DNA of 56,938 nucleotides from Polyangiales bacterium (lineage in GTDB: Bacteria; Myxococcota_A; Polyangia; Polyangiales; Houyiibacteriaceae). Both the position numbers and the translations under genes were made by a program. The notes under the pieces are model-generated. The model searched no databases and had not been told where the DNA came from. It saw only the letters and a program-made list of their open reading frames with translations. The stretch lies in the NCBI GenBank assembly GCA_045106895.1, contig JBGCFM010000162.1, positions 1 through 56,938 of the forward strand, written 5' to 3'. This document shows positions 1 to 9,245 of this stretch, piece by piece (position 1 is the stretch's first letter; each line of letters opens with the position of its first letter).

Positions 1-2011
1 CGAAGCCGTCTTCGGTGTCGCACTCGGCGCTACAGCCGTCGCCGTCTTCGGTGTTCCCGTCGTCACAAGACTCCGTCACCGTACGTGCGCCGTCGCCACA
101 GGCTGGAATGCAGTCGCCGCTGGCTTCGTCGCGAGCGAAGCCCTCCGAACACACACACTCCGGCGGGAGACCTGCGGAATTGTCGATGCAGGCCTCGTTC
201 AAGCCACAGACGTTGGGACGGGCGCATTCGTCGATGTCGTTGCAGACCAAACCAGAGCCCGTGAAGCCCTCGTTGCACTCGCAATCGTAGGCGCCCGGCG
301 TGTTCTCGCAGCGCGCGTTGATGGCGCACTCATTTGTCGCCGTGTCCGCGCACTCGTCGATGTCCGCGCAAGTGCTGCCATCGCCTTCATAACCAGCGAC
401 GCACGTACACGTGTGCGAGCCTGGAATATTTGTGCAGGTCGCCTGCACGGAGCAAAGCGCGACAGCCGGGTCGTCACATTCGTTGATGTCGACGCAGGTC
501 GTGCCATCGAAGAGGTAACCAATATCGCAAGCGCAGGTGTAGTTGGGGGGGTCGAGTTGGCTGCAGGAGCCGGCGCCGCAAGGCATCGGCGCACACTCGT
601 CGATGTCGTGGCAGGTGCCCCCGCCAAACACGTAGCCCGTCGAACAAGCGCAGGTGTACGAGCCCGGCGTGTTGGTGCAGCTCGTGCCACCAATGCCGCA
701 TGGGTTGCCCGCTCGACATTCGTTGATGTCGACGCAGGTGGTGCCGTTGAAGCTGTATCCAGAGGGGCAGGTGCACGAGTACGAGCCTGCGCTGTTGCGG
801 CAGGTGCCGACACCACAAGGGTTCGAGCCTGAGCATTCGTTGATGTCCGCGCAGTTATCGCCCGTTCCGCGGAAACGGCTGCCGATGCCGCGCCAGCCGG
901 GTTCGCACGTGCAGTTCCAGTTGGTGCCGCTGCTCGAAGAGCACACGCCGTGGGCGTCGTCGCAGTCGTCGAGGCCAGCCACGCAGGCGTTGTTTGCCAC
1001 GCAAGTACCGCCGCTCAAGACGTAGCCCGGGTCACATGAGCAAGTGTAGGTCTGTGGAGGAGAACGCTCCACGCAAGTGCCGTTCCCACAGATCCCAGGC
1101 GTTGTCGTGCACTCGTTGTTGACAACACAGCTGGAGCCATTGAATCGGTATCCGGAGTTGCAGCTGCAGGTATAACCAGGACTCGTTCCCGGTGTGGTTT
1201 GGCTGCATGAGCCGTTGCCGCCGCAAGGGTTTCCTGCGCACTCGTTGATGTCAGAACAACCGGTGATCAATGAGCTGCGAATGTTGTAGAGCCGGTCGTC
1301 ACCAAGACCCGCGTTGTTGGGTGTAACGAAGTCGTGATTCGTCGTTCGCCGAAACCCAGTGCCGGAGTAGCCCGCGTTGCAGCTGCAGCTCCAGTCACCG
1401 CGCCCGTTGCCGGAACTGCGGCTGCAGCTCGCGTTGGACGCGCAGTCGCTGGTGTTGGATGAGCTGCACACGTTGAACACATTGTCGCGTGGTTCGAAGC
1501 GAGAGCCCGTCGCGAAGCTGCTGTAGTTCGAGAAGTTCAGTTCGCTAAAACACGCGGCGCGAAGCGCGATGCGCGCGGCGGTATCCGTTGTAATAACACC
1601 ACAGCTCAAGCCCGAAGGGTTCCCCGGGAGCGTGTAGTTGCCGGAGTTCGTCGCGTTTGAGCCCCAGTTGGAACGCAGCTCGTGTCCGTTGCTCCAGCCA
1701 TCGTTGTCCGAGTCGGTGGCGGCGAGCCAGCGGTCCCAAGTGTAGGCGGTGTGTTGTCCCGGAACCGTGCTCGCGAAGTCCACGCCAAAAGGGTTTAGGC
1801 AGGGGTAGGCTGCTCCCTGACACGCCGGGAACGTCGCGCCGTGCGCGGTGGTGTGACAGTTCCAGCAACGCGTGTTGCTCTCGCTCGCGGGCTGACCCGA
1901 ATTGAAGCGCCCATTTGGGATGGATGAGCCGTAACCTGGATTCGCTGACGCCGGGGAGGCAAAAGCGAAACCGAGAGTCATCAAGCTAAGCGCACAAAGC
2001 CACGTCTTCAT
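1..2011 (-). CDS. Secreted protein (3' end runs off window): signal peptide, temptin-like domain with CxxCH, ~10 EGF-like (mostly Ca-binding type) repeats, Myxococcus Cys-rich repeat (DUF4215-like)
   Basis: Not in ORF track. Manual translation from ATG 2011 is open to the window edge: MKTWLCALSLMTLGFAFASPASA-NPGYGSSIPNG..CWNCH..NPFGVDF..W..DSDNDGWSNGHEL; repeated DINEC/DIDEC..C..C..C.C..GY..C units; terminal CGDGARTVTESCDDGNTEDGDGCSAEC. Confidence 0.9.
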   Translation of the reverse strand, partial: MKTWLCALSLMTLGFAFASPASANPGYGSSIPNGRFNSGQPASESNTRCWNCHTTAHGATFPACQGAAYPCLNPFGVDFASTVPGQHTAYTWDRWLAATDSDNDGWSNGHELRSNWGSNATNSGNYTLPGNPSGLSCGVITTDTAARIALRAACFSELNFSNYSSFATGSRFEPRDNVFNVCSSSNTSDCASNASCSRSSGNGRGDWSCSCNAGYSGTGFRRTTNHDFVTPNNAGLGDDRLYNIRSSLITGCSDINECAGNPCGGNGSCSQTTPGTSPGYTCSCNSGYRFNGSSCVVNNECTTTPGICGNGTCVERSPPQTYTCSCDPGYVLSGGTCVANNACVAGLDDCDDAHGVCSSSSGTNWNCTCEPGWRGIGSRFRGTGDNCADINECSGSNPCGVGTCRNSAGSYSCTCPSGYSFNGTTCVDINECRAGNPCGIGGTSCTNTPGSYTCACSTGYVFGGGTCHDIDECAPMPCGAGSCSQLDPPNYTCACDIGYLFDGTTCVDINECDDPAVALCSVQATCTNIPGSHTCTCVAGYEGDGSTCADIDECADTATNECAINARCENTPGAYDCECNEGFTGSGLVCNDIDECARPNVCGLNEACIDNSAGLPPECVCSEGFARDEASGDCIPACGDGARTVTESCDDGNTEDGDGCSAECDTEDGF

Positions 2012-2044
2012 GCGTCAAGAGTAGACGCAATCCACTGTCTTGCG

Positions 2045-3343
2045 CTAGCGGCAGCGAGAATCGGTATCGGGGCACGAAAAGCGCACGTGCAGGTGGTCAC
2101 GGTGTTTCGGGAAGTGCCGTACCCGACCCAAGGGATAGGTGCGTCCGCTGGGGTACTGGAACCATCGGCGAAGCTGTCCTCGCGTCGCTCCGCGACGCCG
2201 CGCCTCGTTGTAGAGGGGCTCCTGAAGCCGATAGTCGATGAAAATCGCCTCGACGCGGTCTTGGCGCAGCCAGCTCTCAAGAAGCGTCCACTGGCGAGCA
2301 GCGTCGAGCTGTTCGGGCTGAAGTCGACGGAAACGACACGGCCCCGAGCAGCGCTTCTGGTAGTAGGCGATATCCACGTCGCGGCCTGACTGATGACTCC
2401 GATGTCCGCGCATGCGGCCCCCCTCACGGCGGCTGATGTCGTGGACGCGGACCCGCGGGCCCGTGGGATAGGCCTCGAGCACGGCGTCGAAAGCGTCGAG
2501 CATCCAGAGCGTCGTCTCGAGCGTCGCGTACGCCCGTTGAGGGTCTCGCATCACATAGCCGCGGTGACGCGGGAGCTGCTCGGCGTTCGCGAGCTGACCG
2601 CGGTTGGGCGCGCCAATGGACTCGGAAGTGCTCGCAGGCACCTCGGACCAGAGCCGAATCGTGGAGCCCGCGCGAAGGCCAGAGCGTACGTTTCGGTTCC
2701 ACCGACGCAGGTCCGCGACGCTCACTCGGTGTCGCGTGGCGATGCGGGAGAGCGTGTCTCCACGGCGCACCTGGTAGTCGACGCGGCGGCCCGACTCTTC
2801 GCGCACACGCACCATACGCCCCACGATCAAACGCGATGGGTCGAGGGCGGGGTTCAGCTCACGGAGAGACGAGACGCTGACGCCATAACGAGACGCGATG
2901 GACGTGAGCGTCTGGCCGCGAGCGACGCGGTGCTCCTCGCCGTCAAAGCGTGCCGCGATGGCCGCTTCCTCGGCGTCGCGCTCAGCTTGCGCTTCAGCGG
3001 CTTCTTCGGCGGCTCGCTCCGCCGCGCGCTCCGCGGCTCGCTCTGAAGTACGCGCCTCGGCGGCTTCCGCTTCGGCGGCTTCCGCTTCGACGGCATTGGC
3101 GTCCGTCGCCTCGGCCGCCTCAGCCGCGTCTTCGTCCTCGGGCGCTTCAAGGCGCAGCTCCTGGCCGACAATCAGGCGGTCTGACTCGAGCCCGTTCCAG
3201 GTCTTGAGTTCATCCACGGAGACCTCAAAACGGAGCGCGATGCGACTGAGCACCTCCCCGGACTGAACCTGCCAGATGCGGCGATCCGCGCTCACATCCG
3301 AGGCGAAACAGAGACACGCAATGCAGGTGAGGAGGCGAAGCAC
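2045..3343 (-). CDS. LysM-repeat (x3) penicillin-insensitive murein endopeptidase (MepA-like, LAS family)
   Basis: Signal peptide; three LysM motifs (VQSGEVLSRIA, VARGQTLTSIA, VRRGDTLSRIA); Ala/Glu-rich linker; GHRSHQSGRDVD and HRDHLH Zn-ligand motifs; GTG start. Confidence 0.88.
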   Translation of the reverse strand: MLRLLTCIACLCFASDVSADRRIWQVQSGEVLSRIALRFEVSVDELKTWNGLESDRLIVGQELRLEAPEDEDAAEAAEATDANAVEAEAAEAEAAEARTSERAAERAAERAAEEAAEAQAERDAEEAAIAARFDGEEHRVARGQTLTSIASRYGVSVSSLRELNPALDPSRLIVGRMVRVREESGRRVDYQVRRGDTLSRIATRHRVSVADLRRWNRNVRSGLRAGSTIRLWSEVPASTSESIGAPNRGQLANAEQLPRHRGYVMRDPQRAYATLETTLWMLDAFDAVLEAYPTGPRVRVHDISRREGGRMRGHRSHQSGRDVDIAYYQKRCSGPCRFRRLQPEQLDAARQWTLLESWLRQDRVEAIFIDYRLQEPLYNEARRRGATRGQLRRWFQYPSGRTYPLGRVRHFPKHRDHLHVRFSCPDTDSRCR

Positions 3344-3407
3344 GACTACATGCTTACATGTAGGTAATCATACTACCAGTTTTTTACATAGGGCGGAAAG
3401 CCGACTC

Positions 3408-4973
3408 TCAACGCTTCAAATACGCCAGCTCGCTGCCCGCGGCGCGGTTGGCCAAGTGCGTATCGAGGAACGAGTGGTAGTCGATCTGCGCACGAATCAC
3501 GTCCCCGTAGTGACGCTCTGAGCTGACACGAGGGGTGTAGTAGCCGAAGCCCGGCCCACTCGCGTGCCCCCACTCGCTCTGCCGCAGGCCGAACTCCTTC
3601 ATGATGGAGATCATCAGCTCATTCGTGGGCGGTCCGCCGTAGTAGATGTCTCGTCCTGCGCTCGGGTCTCCGGCCACCGTTGATTTGCGAGCGATTTCGA
3701 CGTCGTAGTCGCGGTAGTCGATTACCTCTCCCATTCGGAAAGCCCCACCGAGGCTGCCGCCCAAGAGCATCGGCGCGTCGGCACCGGCGTGGTTCGGTAC
3801 TGTGCTCGACGCCATATTACTGGTGACGACGACGAGGGAGTTCTCAAGCATGGTCTGCCCGTTGCCTTCGGTGATGGCGTCCATGGCCTCCATCAGGCGT
3901 GCGACGTGACGCATGTTCTTTTGCATCACGCGTGTGTAGACGCCGTCTCCTCTCACGTTGCCCGCGGAGTTCGCGGTGTGAGCTCCTTGGTCCGAATGAT
4001 CCGAGCCCATGTCCCAAGTCGCGACGCGCGTTGCGTTGCATGCGAACGCCTGCGTCAAGACTTCGATGTTTGCACGCAGCACCGCCTCCGAGTCTGTGGA
4101 AGCGCTGACGTCGAGTGCGCGGCAGGCGTTCCCAATCGGCGTCGACGTCTCACCCTCAATGTCCTCCGCGAGACGTGCCTGAAGCGCCAGGTATCCTTCG
4201 AGGGAGTGCTCGAGCGTCAGACGGTCCGCCGCTGAGAGCGATGGGTTTTCGAGGAGTTGCCGGTAGCGAGCGACGGTGGTTTCGATACGCAGGCGCTGAC
4301 GACCAAGACGACGCTCGGCGCTGCTTGGTCCGCTCACGTCGGGCCCGCCGCCGTCGAGGTTCGGTACTCCATCGGGGTAGAGCCGGCTGTAGGCGTCGCG
4401 TGGGCTCAGCGACGCCGGACGTCGAAAGTCCTCATAGGAGAACGAACTCGTCCCAGAGAGGCCGCTCTGCTTCAGGCGAAGGACCGGCACGGCGACGCGC
4501 CCAGAATAGATATGACGACCGAGAAGTGTATCGACGGAGTGCGGGCGGGTGCCGGGGCGAGCGCCCATGTTGTCGGCCAGCGGCGTGCAATTTAGTGCCG
4601 CGCTTTCAAAGTGTCCGCCGATGGCACTCGCGATTCCGAGTCCACCCAGGAACGTTAGCTTTGATTTGACGCTGCCAAACTCACCGCCGAAGTAGCGCCC
4701 CAACGTGGCGTCGGCGATGGGCGTGCTGCGAACTCCGGGGGCGACCTGATTTGCTCCCGAAACCTGCGGTGCCCACAGAGATTTGGTGACGCCATGCTGC
4801 CATGTGACGAACACCACCCGACGGTAGTCGGCGGCTTGCGCGGCGGCGGAAGAAACCAAGGACGGCAGAAAGGGGATCGCGCCAGCGGCCCCCAGTCCGC
4901 GCAGGAACATGCGACGAGAGATGCCTGATTGAACGACTTGACCCCGGGCGAGTGACTTCTTGGACTTGCTCAT
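3408..4973 (-). CDS. DUF1552 (HXXSHH-like) family protein with twin-arginine-like N-terminus
   Basis: SRRMFLRGLG..PFLPSL N-terminus; AFACNATRVAT; TMLENSLVV; H..(D)APMLLGGSLGG. Start set at ATG 4973, which overlaps the upstream stop (ATGA 4970-4973). Confidence 0.85.
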   Translation of the reverse strand: MSKSKKSLARGQVVQSGISRRMFLRGLGAAGAIPFLPSLVSSAAAQAADYRRVVFVTWQHGVTKSLWAPQVSGANQVAPGVRSTPIADATLGRYFGGEFGSVKSKLTFLGGLGIASAIGGHFESAALNCTPLADNMGARPGTRPHSVDTLLGRHIYSGRVAVPVLRLKQSGLSGTSSFSYEDFRRPASLSPRDAYSRLYPDGVPNLDGGGPDVSGPSSAERRLGRQRLRIETTVARYRQLLENPSLSAADRLTLEHSLEGYLALQARLAEDIEGETSTPIGNACRALDVSASTDSEAVLRANIEVLTQAFACNATRVATWDMGSDHSDQGAHTANSAGNVRGDGVYTRVMQKNMRHVARLMEAMDAITEGNGQTMLENSLVVVTSNMASSTVPNHAGADAPMLLGGSLGGAFRMGEVIDYRDYDVEIARKSTVAGDPSAGRDIYYGGPPTNELMISIMKEFGLRQSEWGHASGPGFGYYTPRVSSERHYGDVIRAQIDYHSFLDTHLANRAAGSELAYLKR

Positions 4974-6733
4974 CGTGCGCTCCTTCCGGTGCCATCGCTT
5001 AGCTGAATCGATTCCAGCGCCGCCTGACGAACCAAGATGTTGAGAATGGACTCGTTGTTTCGAACTCCCTGCGTGATGTCGCCGAGGTGACACGCATCCG
5101 ACGGCTCGGGATCACGCAGGTGTGTAATGCGAAAGAGCTGTAGGCCTGCGCAGAGCTGCGCTTCTTCCGATGCGCTGAGGGCCTCGGCGATGCCGGCCGT
5201 GCCGCTGAGCGAGAGCTCCTCGCCGTCGAGCACGAAGCGCTCAACGGTGTCGTCGACTTCTTTGCGACCGGAGGGCGAAGAGTCTTCGTTGAGAGTGATC
5301 TCCCCTTCGGTCCAAGGTTGGCCCACGGGGCCAAAGGCGGAGAAGAGGTAGCCGAGTGGGTTGATAGCGTTGTGACAACCCGCGCAGGCCGCCGGCGAGG
5401 TGGCATGAGCAGTCCTCTCACGAGACGTGGACTCCGACAGGTCGATCTCCGAGAGCAGCATGTCTGCGATGGCGTCGGCCTCCGCGGGCGGGGCGGCAAG
5501 GTGGCGGCAGAGAATGCGCTCGAGGAAACGCACGCCGCGAAGGATCGGGGACGCGATCTCGTTCGGCGTCGCCATCAACGCCGGTCGCGCAAGAAGGCCC
5601 ACGCGGCCTGTTCGAGATGCCTGCGGCGTTGCCGAAGCTTCGTCTTGTTCCATCAGGTCTGCGAGCCGGGCCGTGCTCGCCGCCTCGAGGTCGGTCTCGA
5701 GCAGATCCTGGTAGGAGCCCTCCTCCTCAAACACGACGTATTCCACGACGTCCAACGCTTCGTTCCTGAGCTCCTCCCACAGACCGTCTGGGTCATAGCC
5801 ATAGATGCCCGCCGGCGCCGAGATATCGACGGCCGCTTCGAGGTCGAGCCACCCCGCGAAAAGAGAGCGTAGGTGCGTGCGACCCGCCGCGCTACGCGCG
5901 AGCCGCTCGGCGTGAATGAGGCGCGTATCCTCTTCGAGAAGTGAACCGTCGTCTGCCGCGTCGCGAAGGGCGGCGTCCGGCGCAGAGCCCGTCAACTGAA
6001 GTGCCAAACGCGTGGCGACGGAATGTGGGCTCAAGTTCTGCTCCGCATCGACGGTGGGAATGACGAGCATGAACTCGGGGTCGCTGAGAAGCGCTGCGAC
6101 GACGTTAGCGACGCGCTGGGCCTGAGAATCGTAGCCTTCGGAATCGGCCGCGTAGAGTTCGACGTAAAGGGCGAGTTCGTCTTCCGTGACCGGGCGGCGC
6201 CAGAGCAGTTCAGCGAGGTCCGCGAAGAAAGCCTCGACGCAGGTCTCGCTCGCGTCGTCTTCGGCGAGTCCCTCGGCAATACAGGCAGCGTCCATGGACT
6301 CGAGCCAGTCAGTCGAGGTGACGAGCACACTCGCCATACGCTCGGCAGCGTCGAAGAGTGGGTCCGAGAGCGTCGAGTGAAGCTCTCGGTCGAACTCGCC
6401 AGGCTCCGTGTTGTCCGCCGGAAGGGCAACAAGGTCTCCTTGGGCGGCATCGATGGCTTCACGGGGAAGCATCTGCGCCAGGACCTGCGTATATTCGCGC
6501 ACGGACAAGCGCCTAAGCGCCTCCGTCGACACACGCGTCACGTCCGATTCGCAGAGGATCGGCTCCGGAAGAGCGGGCGTCTCTGGGGTCCCCGGCTCGA
6601 GTCCAGGGCCAGGCGCAAAGGGACCGGGCTCTAGCCCGCCGATTGCGCCGTTGCAGCCGAACGACGCAGCGCAGAGCAACGCAACGCAGCACGAGACCAG
6701 GACGTGGGCAATAGAATCGGCAAAGCGGGGCAT
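4970..6733 (-). CDS. DUF1592/DUF1588/DUF1595-family (PSD/PSCyt) lipoprotein with CxxCH
   Basis: Lipobox-like ASFGC; LRRLSVREY; WRRPVTEDE; LLSDPEF; SPILRGV; CAGCH..INPLG; canonical pairing with DUF1552 gene. Confidence 0.88.
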   Translation of the reverse strand: MPRFADSIAHVLVSCCVALLCAASFGCNGAIGGLEPGPFAPGPGLEPGTPETPALPEPILCESDVTRVSTEALRRLSVREYTQVLAQMLPREAIDAAQGDLVALPADNTEPGEFDRELHSTLSDPLFDAAERMASVLVTSTDWLESMDAACIAEGLAEDDASETCVEAFFADLAELLWRRPVTEDELALYVELYAADSEGYDSQAQRVANVVAALLSDPEFMLVIPTVDAEQNLSPHSVATRLALQLTGSAPDAALRDAADDGSLLEEDTRLIHAERLARSAAGRTHLRSLFAGWLDLEAAVDISAPAGIYGYDPDGLWEELRNEALDVVEYVVFEEEGSYQDLLETDLEAASTARLADLMEQDEASATPQASRTGRVGLLARPALMATPNEIASPILRGVRFLERILCRHLAAPPAEADAIADMLLSEIDLSESTSRERTAHATSPAACAGCHNAINPLGYLFSAFGPVGQPWTEGEITLNEDSSPSGRKEVDDTVERFVLDGEELSLSGTAGIAEALSASEEAQLCAGLQLFRITHLRDPEPSDACHLGDITQGVRNNESILNILVRQAALESIQLSDGTGRSAR

Positions 6734-6766
6734 GCACCCAGCCTAAAGGCGTGGGGTCAGAGGCGT

Positions 6767-6783
6767 GGTAACGCCGATTGCCA
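6767..6783 (-). promoter_or_regulatory. Putative operator copy 1 (TGGCAATCGGCGTTACC)
   Basis: In the divergent intergenic region 6734-6825; 15/17 identical to 10665-10681. Confidence 0.4.
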
Positions 6784-6825
6784 ACGAAGCTCTTTCCCGC
6801 GGGGCCGGCTTCGCAGGGGTGTACA

Positions 6826-7632
6826 ATGGCCCTCGTGCACGTGGCTTGCTTGAGATTCGTCTCCTCGACAAAACAACGCCGAGGGAGGGCGCTGGCGCTT
6901 CTCCTCGTCGGCGTTTTCGCTTCATCCGCTGCGGTGGCGCAGACTTCGAGCCAGGAACCCACCGAAGCTCCCGACCACGTTGCCGAGGCGGCGCGTCATC
7001 AAGCGCGAGCGCTGCAGTTACTGACCGAAGCCGAGGTGAGCGAGGCCCTGCGGGAGCTCGACCTCTCCATCGCACTTCATCCAACGCCCGAAGCTCGCTT
7101 CAACCGGGCGGCCGCGCTGCGGCGCGTCGGGCGCCTTGTGGAGGCTCGACAACAGCTCATCAGCCTCCGCTCGGCCCTCGATGAAGGCCGCCTCGCCACG
7201 GCGGTGGAAGGAGAGCTCGCTGAGCTCAATGCGGAGCTCCCGACCATCATGGTTCGGGTACCCGATGCCGACGAAGCCGAGGTTCGGATCGATGGGCTGC
7301 TTTACGGAATCGGCGGACGCGGCAACTGGGTCGCGACGCCGCTCGACCCGGGGAGTCACGTGGTGGATGTTCGTGAAGAGCAGCGCGCGGGCCGCCGAGA
7401 GATCGCCATCCGTCGCGGCGAGGTCGCTCGCGTGGAGCTCGAACTCGACGAGCTGTTGGGCCAAGACCCACGTCTACTACGTCGCCGCCTCGGAGTGACT
7501 CTCGCTGTTGTCGTCGTGCTCCTCGGGGTTGCCGCCGCCGTCATCGCCACCCAAGTTCGCGCCGAGGAGCCACGCATGCTCTACGACGAAGGAATCGTTC
7601 CGCGCGTCGAGACTCTAAGCTTCGGACCATGA
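6826..7632 (+). CDS. TPR + PEGA-like domain membrane protein
   Basis: Signal/TM segment; TPR-like helices (EARFNRAAALRRVGRLVEA); PEGA-like AEVRIDG..LDPGSHVV; C-terminal TM helix. Start uncertain (6778 or 6826). Confidence 0.75.
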   Translation: MALVHVACLRFVSSTKQRRGRALALLLVGVFASSAAVAQTSSQEPTEAPDHVAEAARHQARALQLLTEAEVSEALRELDLSIALHPTPEARFNRAAALRRVGRLVEARQQLISLRSALDEGRLATAVEGELAELNAELPTIMVRVPDADEAEVRIDGLLYGIGGRGNWVATPLDPGSHVVDVREEQRAGRREIAIRRGEVARVELELDELLGQDPRLLRRRLGVTLAVVVVLLGVAAAVIATQVRAEEPRMLYDEGIVPRVETLSFGP

Positions 7633-9245
7633 AGCGAGCTCTTCTCCTGCTTTCGCTCTGCGCCTGCGCCGCGGAACTTCCGATTCAGACGGTGGTCTTT
7701 GTCACCGCCGGTGACGCCCTCGCGGCGCGGGCGAACTGCCTCGAATGGACCGTGGTGAAGTCCAACGGCGTGTCGGAGACCAGTCGCTTACCGGACAACT
7801 GCGAGGGCGATGCACCTACCTTCCCTGTGTGCCTCCCCTTTGCACCCCGCGGCGGAGACGAAGCTCGCGCGCGCTTCAACGCTCAGATTCGACTCCTGGG
7901 CGAAGATGGCGTTCTCGCCGAATCGAGCATCGCCGTGTCCTACGCAGACGCGCGTCAGTCGACGCTCCGCCTTCACTTTCAGGACGCAGACTGGGAGGAC
8001 GGTGGATTCTGCGAACGAGGCATCTGCCCGGCGGATATGCGATGCGAAGACGGCCAATGCCTAGAGCAATGTGTCGCTGTGCGGCCTACTCTGTTGCCGG
8101 AGGCGAACGAGGGGGTCAGCTGCGGCGAGCTCTGTGACGCCGAAGGGTGCGCCGACGAGAACTTGGAGCCCCTTCGATGTGATGGCGATGTGCCTTGCGA
8201 AGCGACCTGCGTCGATGGAGAGCAATGGAGCTTCGTCACCGCCTGCGACGCCGGCACGGGTTCTCAGCAAATATCCGAGGACGCGTACTGTTTGCTCCGC
8301 TGCGACGCGGCCGGATGCAGTCGCCCTCGAGCCAGCAACGGGGCCTCGTTTCCATCCGCGGAAGCAAACGATCTTCCGACGGCGCGGTGTGAGGCCCTCG
8401 TGGGCGAGTGCAGGGACGACTGCACGGAGGCGTGCGGCTGCGACATGGACGACGCGCTCTGCGTCAGCGGGTGCGACGAGTTCGATGCTTGTTTCCAGAG
8501 CTGCGACCTTCCGTTTCGCTTTCGGGAGAACGACCTTCCCTACGCAGACTGCGGCGAGAGCTACGGCACCTTTGAAGGTCAGCTCGTCGAGCGCGGGGAC
8601 GACACACCCCTCATCCTCACCGTGGACACACTCTACGTTCCCGCGGGTACTACTCTGGAGATTCGGGCCATCGGGCCTGTCGTAGTGATCGCGCGCGAGG
8701 CGATGCGCATTGAAGGGAGCATCACGGCGATCAACCAAGGGGAGACGCCCGCCCTCATTGGACCGCCAGGCGCCGGAGGTCGCCTGGGAATCGCAGAAGG
8801 AGCGAGCACCCTTGAGCCACTTCCTCGCGCGGGTCGTGGCGGAGACGCAAGCGGACTCGATGGCGGACGCGGAGGGCTCTCGCTCCAGCTGAGCACGCCG
8901 GGACCTCTCTACGTCGGACCTCAATCAAGCATCAATGTTTCCGGCGGCGATGGAAGCATCGACAATGATCTTGGTGTCACCGCGGGCGGCGGCGCGGGCG
9001 GCGCCCTGCTCCTCGAATCCCCCTTCCTTCAAATCGAAGGCGTCCTCGATGCGACGGGTGGCGGGCGGCGGCCGCGTGCGGGTGGGCCTTCGCCCATCGG
9101 ACAGAATGGCTGGGTCGAGTTCGTGACGGACCTGCGACGGAGCCGCACGCACGAAACGCAGCTTCGTGGGCGCGTTCGAGGAGGACAGCCGGAACCCGGC
9201 GCGGAAGGAGTCCGCGTTAGCTTTCGTCAGATGGAAGCGGAGTAG
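7629..9245 (+). CDS. Cys-rich, Gly-rich lipoprotein, hypothetical
   Basis: MKRALLLLSLCAC lipobox-like; many Cys; GGRGG/GGGAGG repeats near C-terminus; ATGA-coupled to upstream gene. Confidence 0.75.
   Translation: MKRALLLLSLCACAAELPIQTVVFVTAGDALAARANCLEWTVVKSNGVSETSRLPDNCEGDAPTFPVCLPFAPRGGDEARARFNAQIRLLGEDGVLAESSIAVSYADARQSTLRLHFQDADWEDGGFCERGICPADMRCEDGQCLEQCVAVRPTLLPEANEGVSCGELCDAEGCADENLEPLRCDGDVPCEATCVDGEQWSFVTACDAGTGSQQISEDAYCLLRCDAAGCSRPRASNGASFPSAEANDLPTARCEALVGECRDDCTEACGCDMDDALCVSGCDEFDACFQSCDLPFRFRENDLPYADCGESYGTFEGQLVERGDDTPLILTVDTLYVPAGTTLEIRAIGPVVVIAREAMRIEGSITAINQGETPALIGPPGAGGRLGIAEGASTLEPLPRAGRGGDASGLDGGRGGLSLQLSTPGPLYVGPQSSINVSGGDGSIDNDLGVTAGGGAGGALLLESPFLQIEGVLDATGGGRRPRAGGPSPIGQNGWVEFVTDLRRSRTHETQLRGRVRGGQPEPGAEGVRVSFRQMEAE

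Noticed and set aside
1..1300. Recurring cgttgatgtc/cgtcgatgtc segments as a CRISPR or DNA repeat array
   Set aside because: They encode the DINEC/DIDEC starts of EGF repeats; they are degenerate and codon-phased.
6767..6783. Sigma54 promoter reading of the TGGCA motifs (also 10665 and ~46262-46277)
   Set aside because: No GC dinucleotide at the required 10-nt spacing from the GG.
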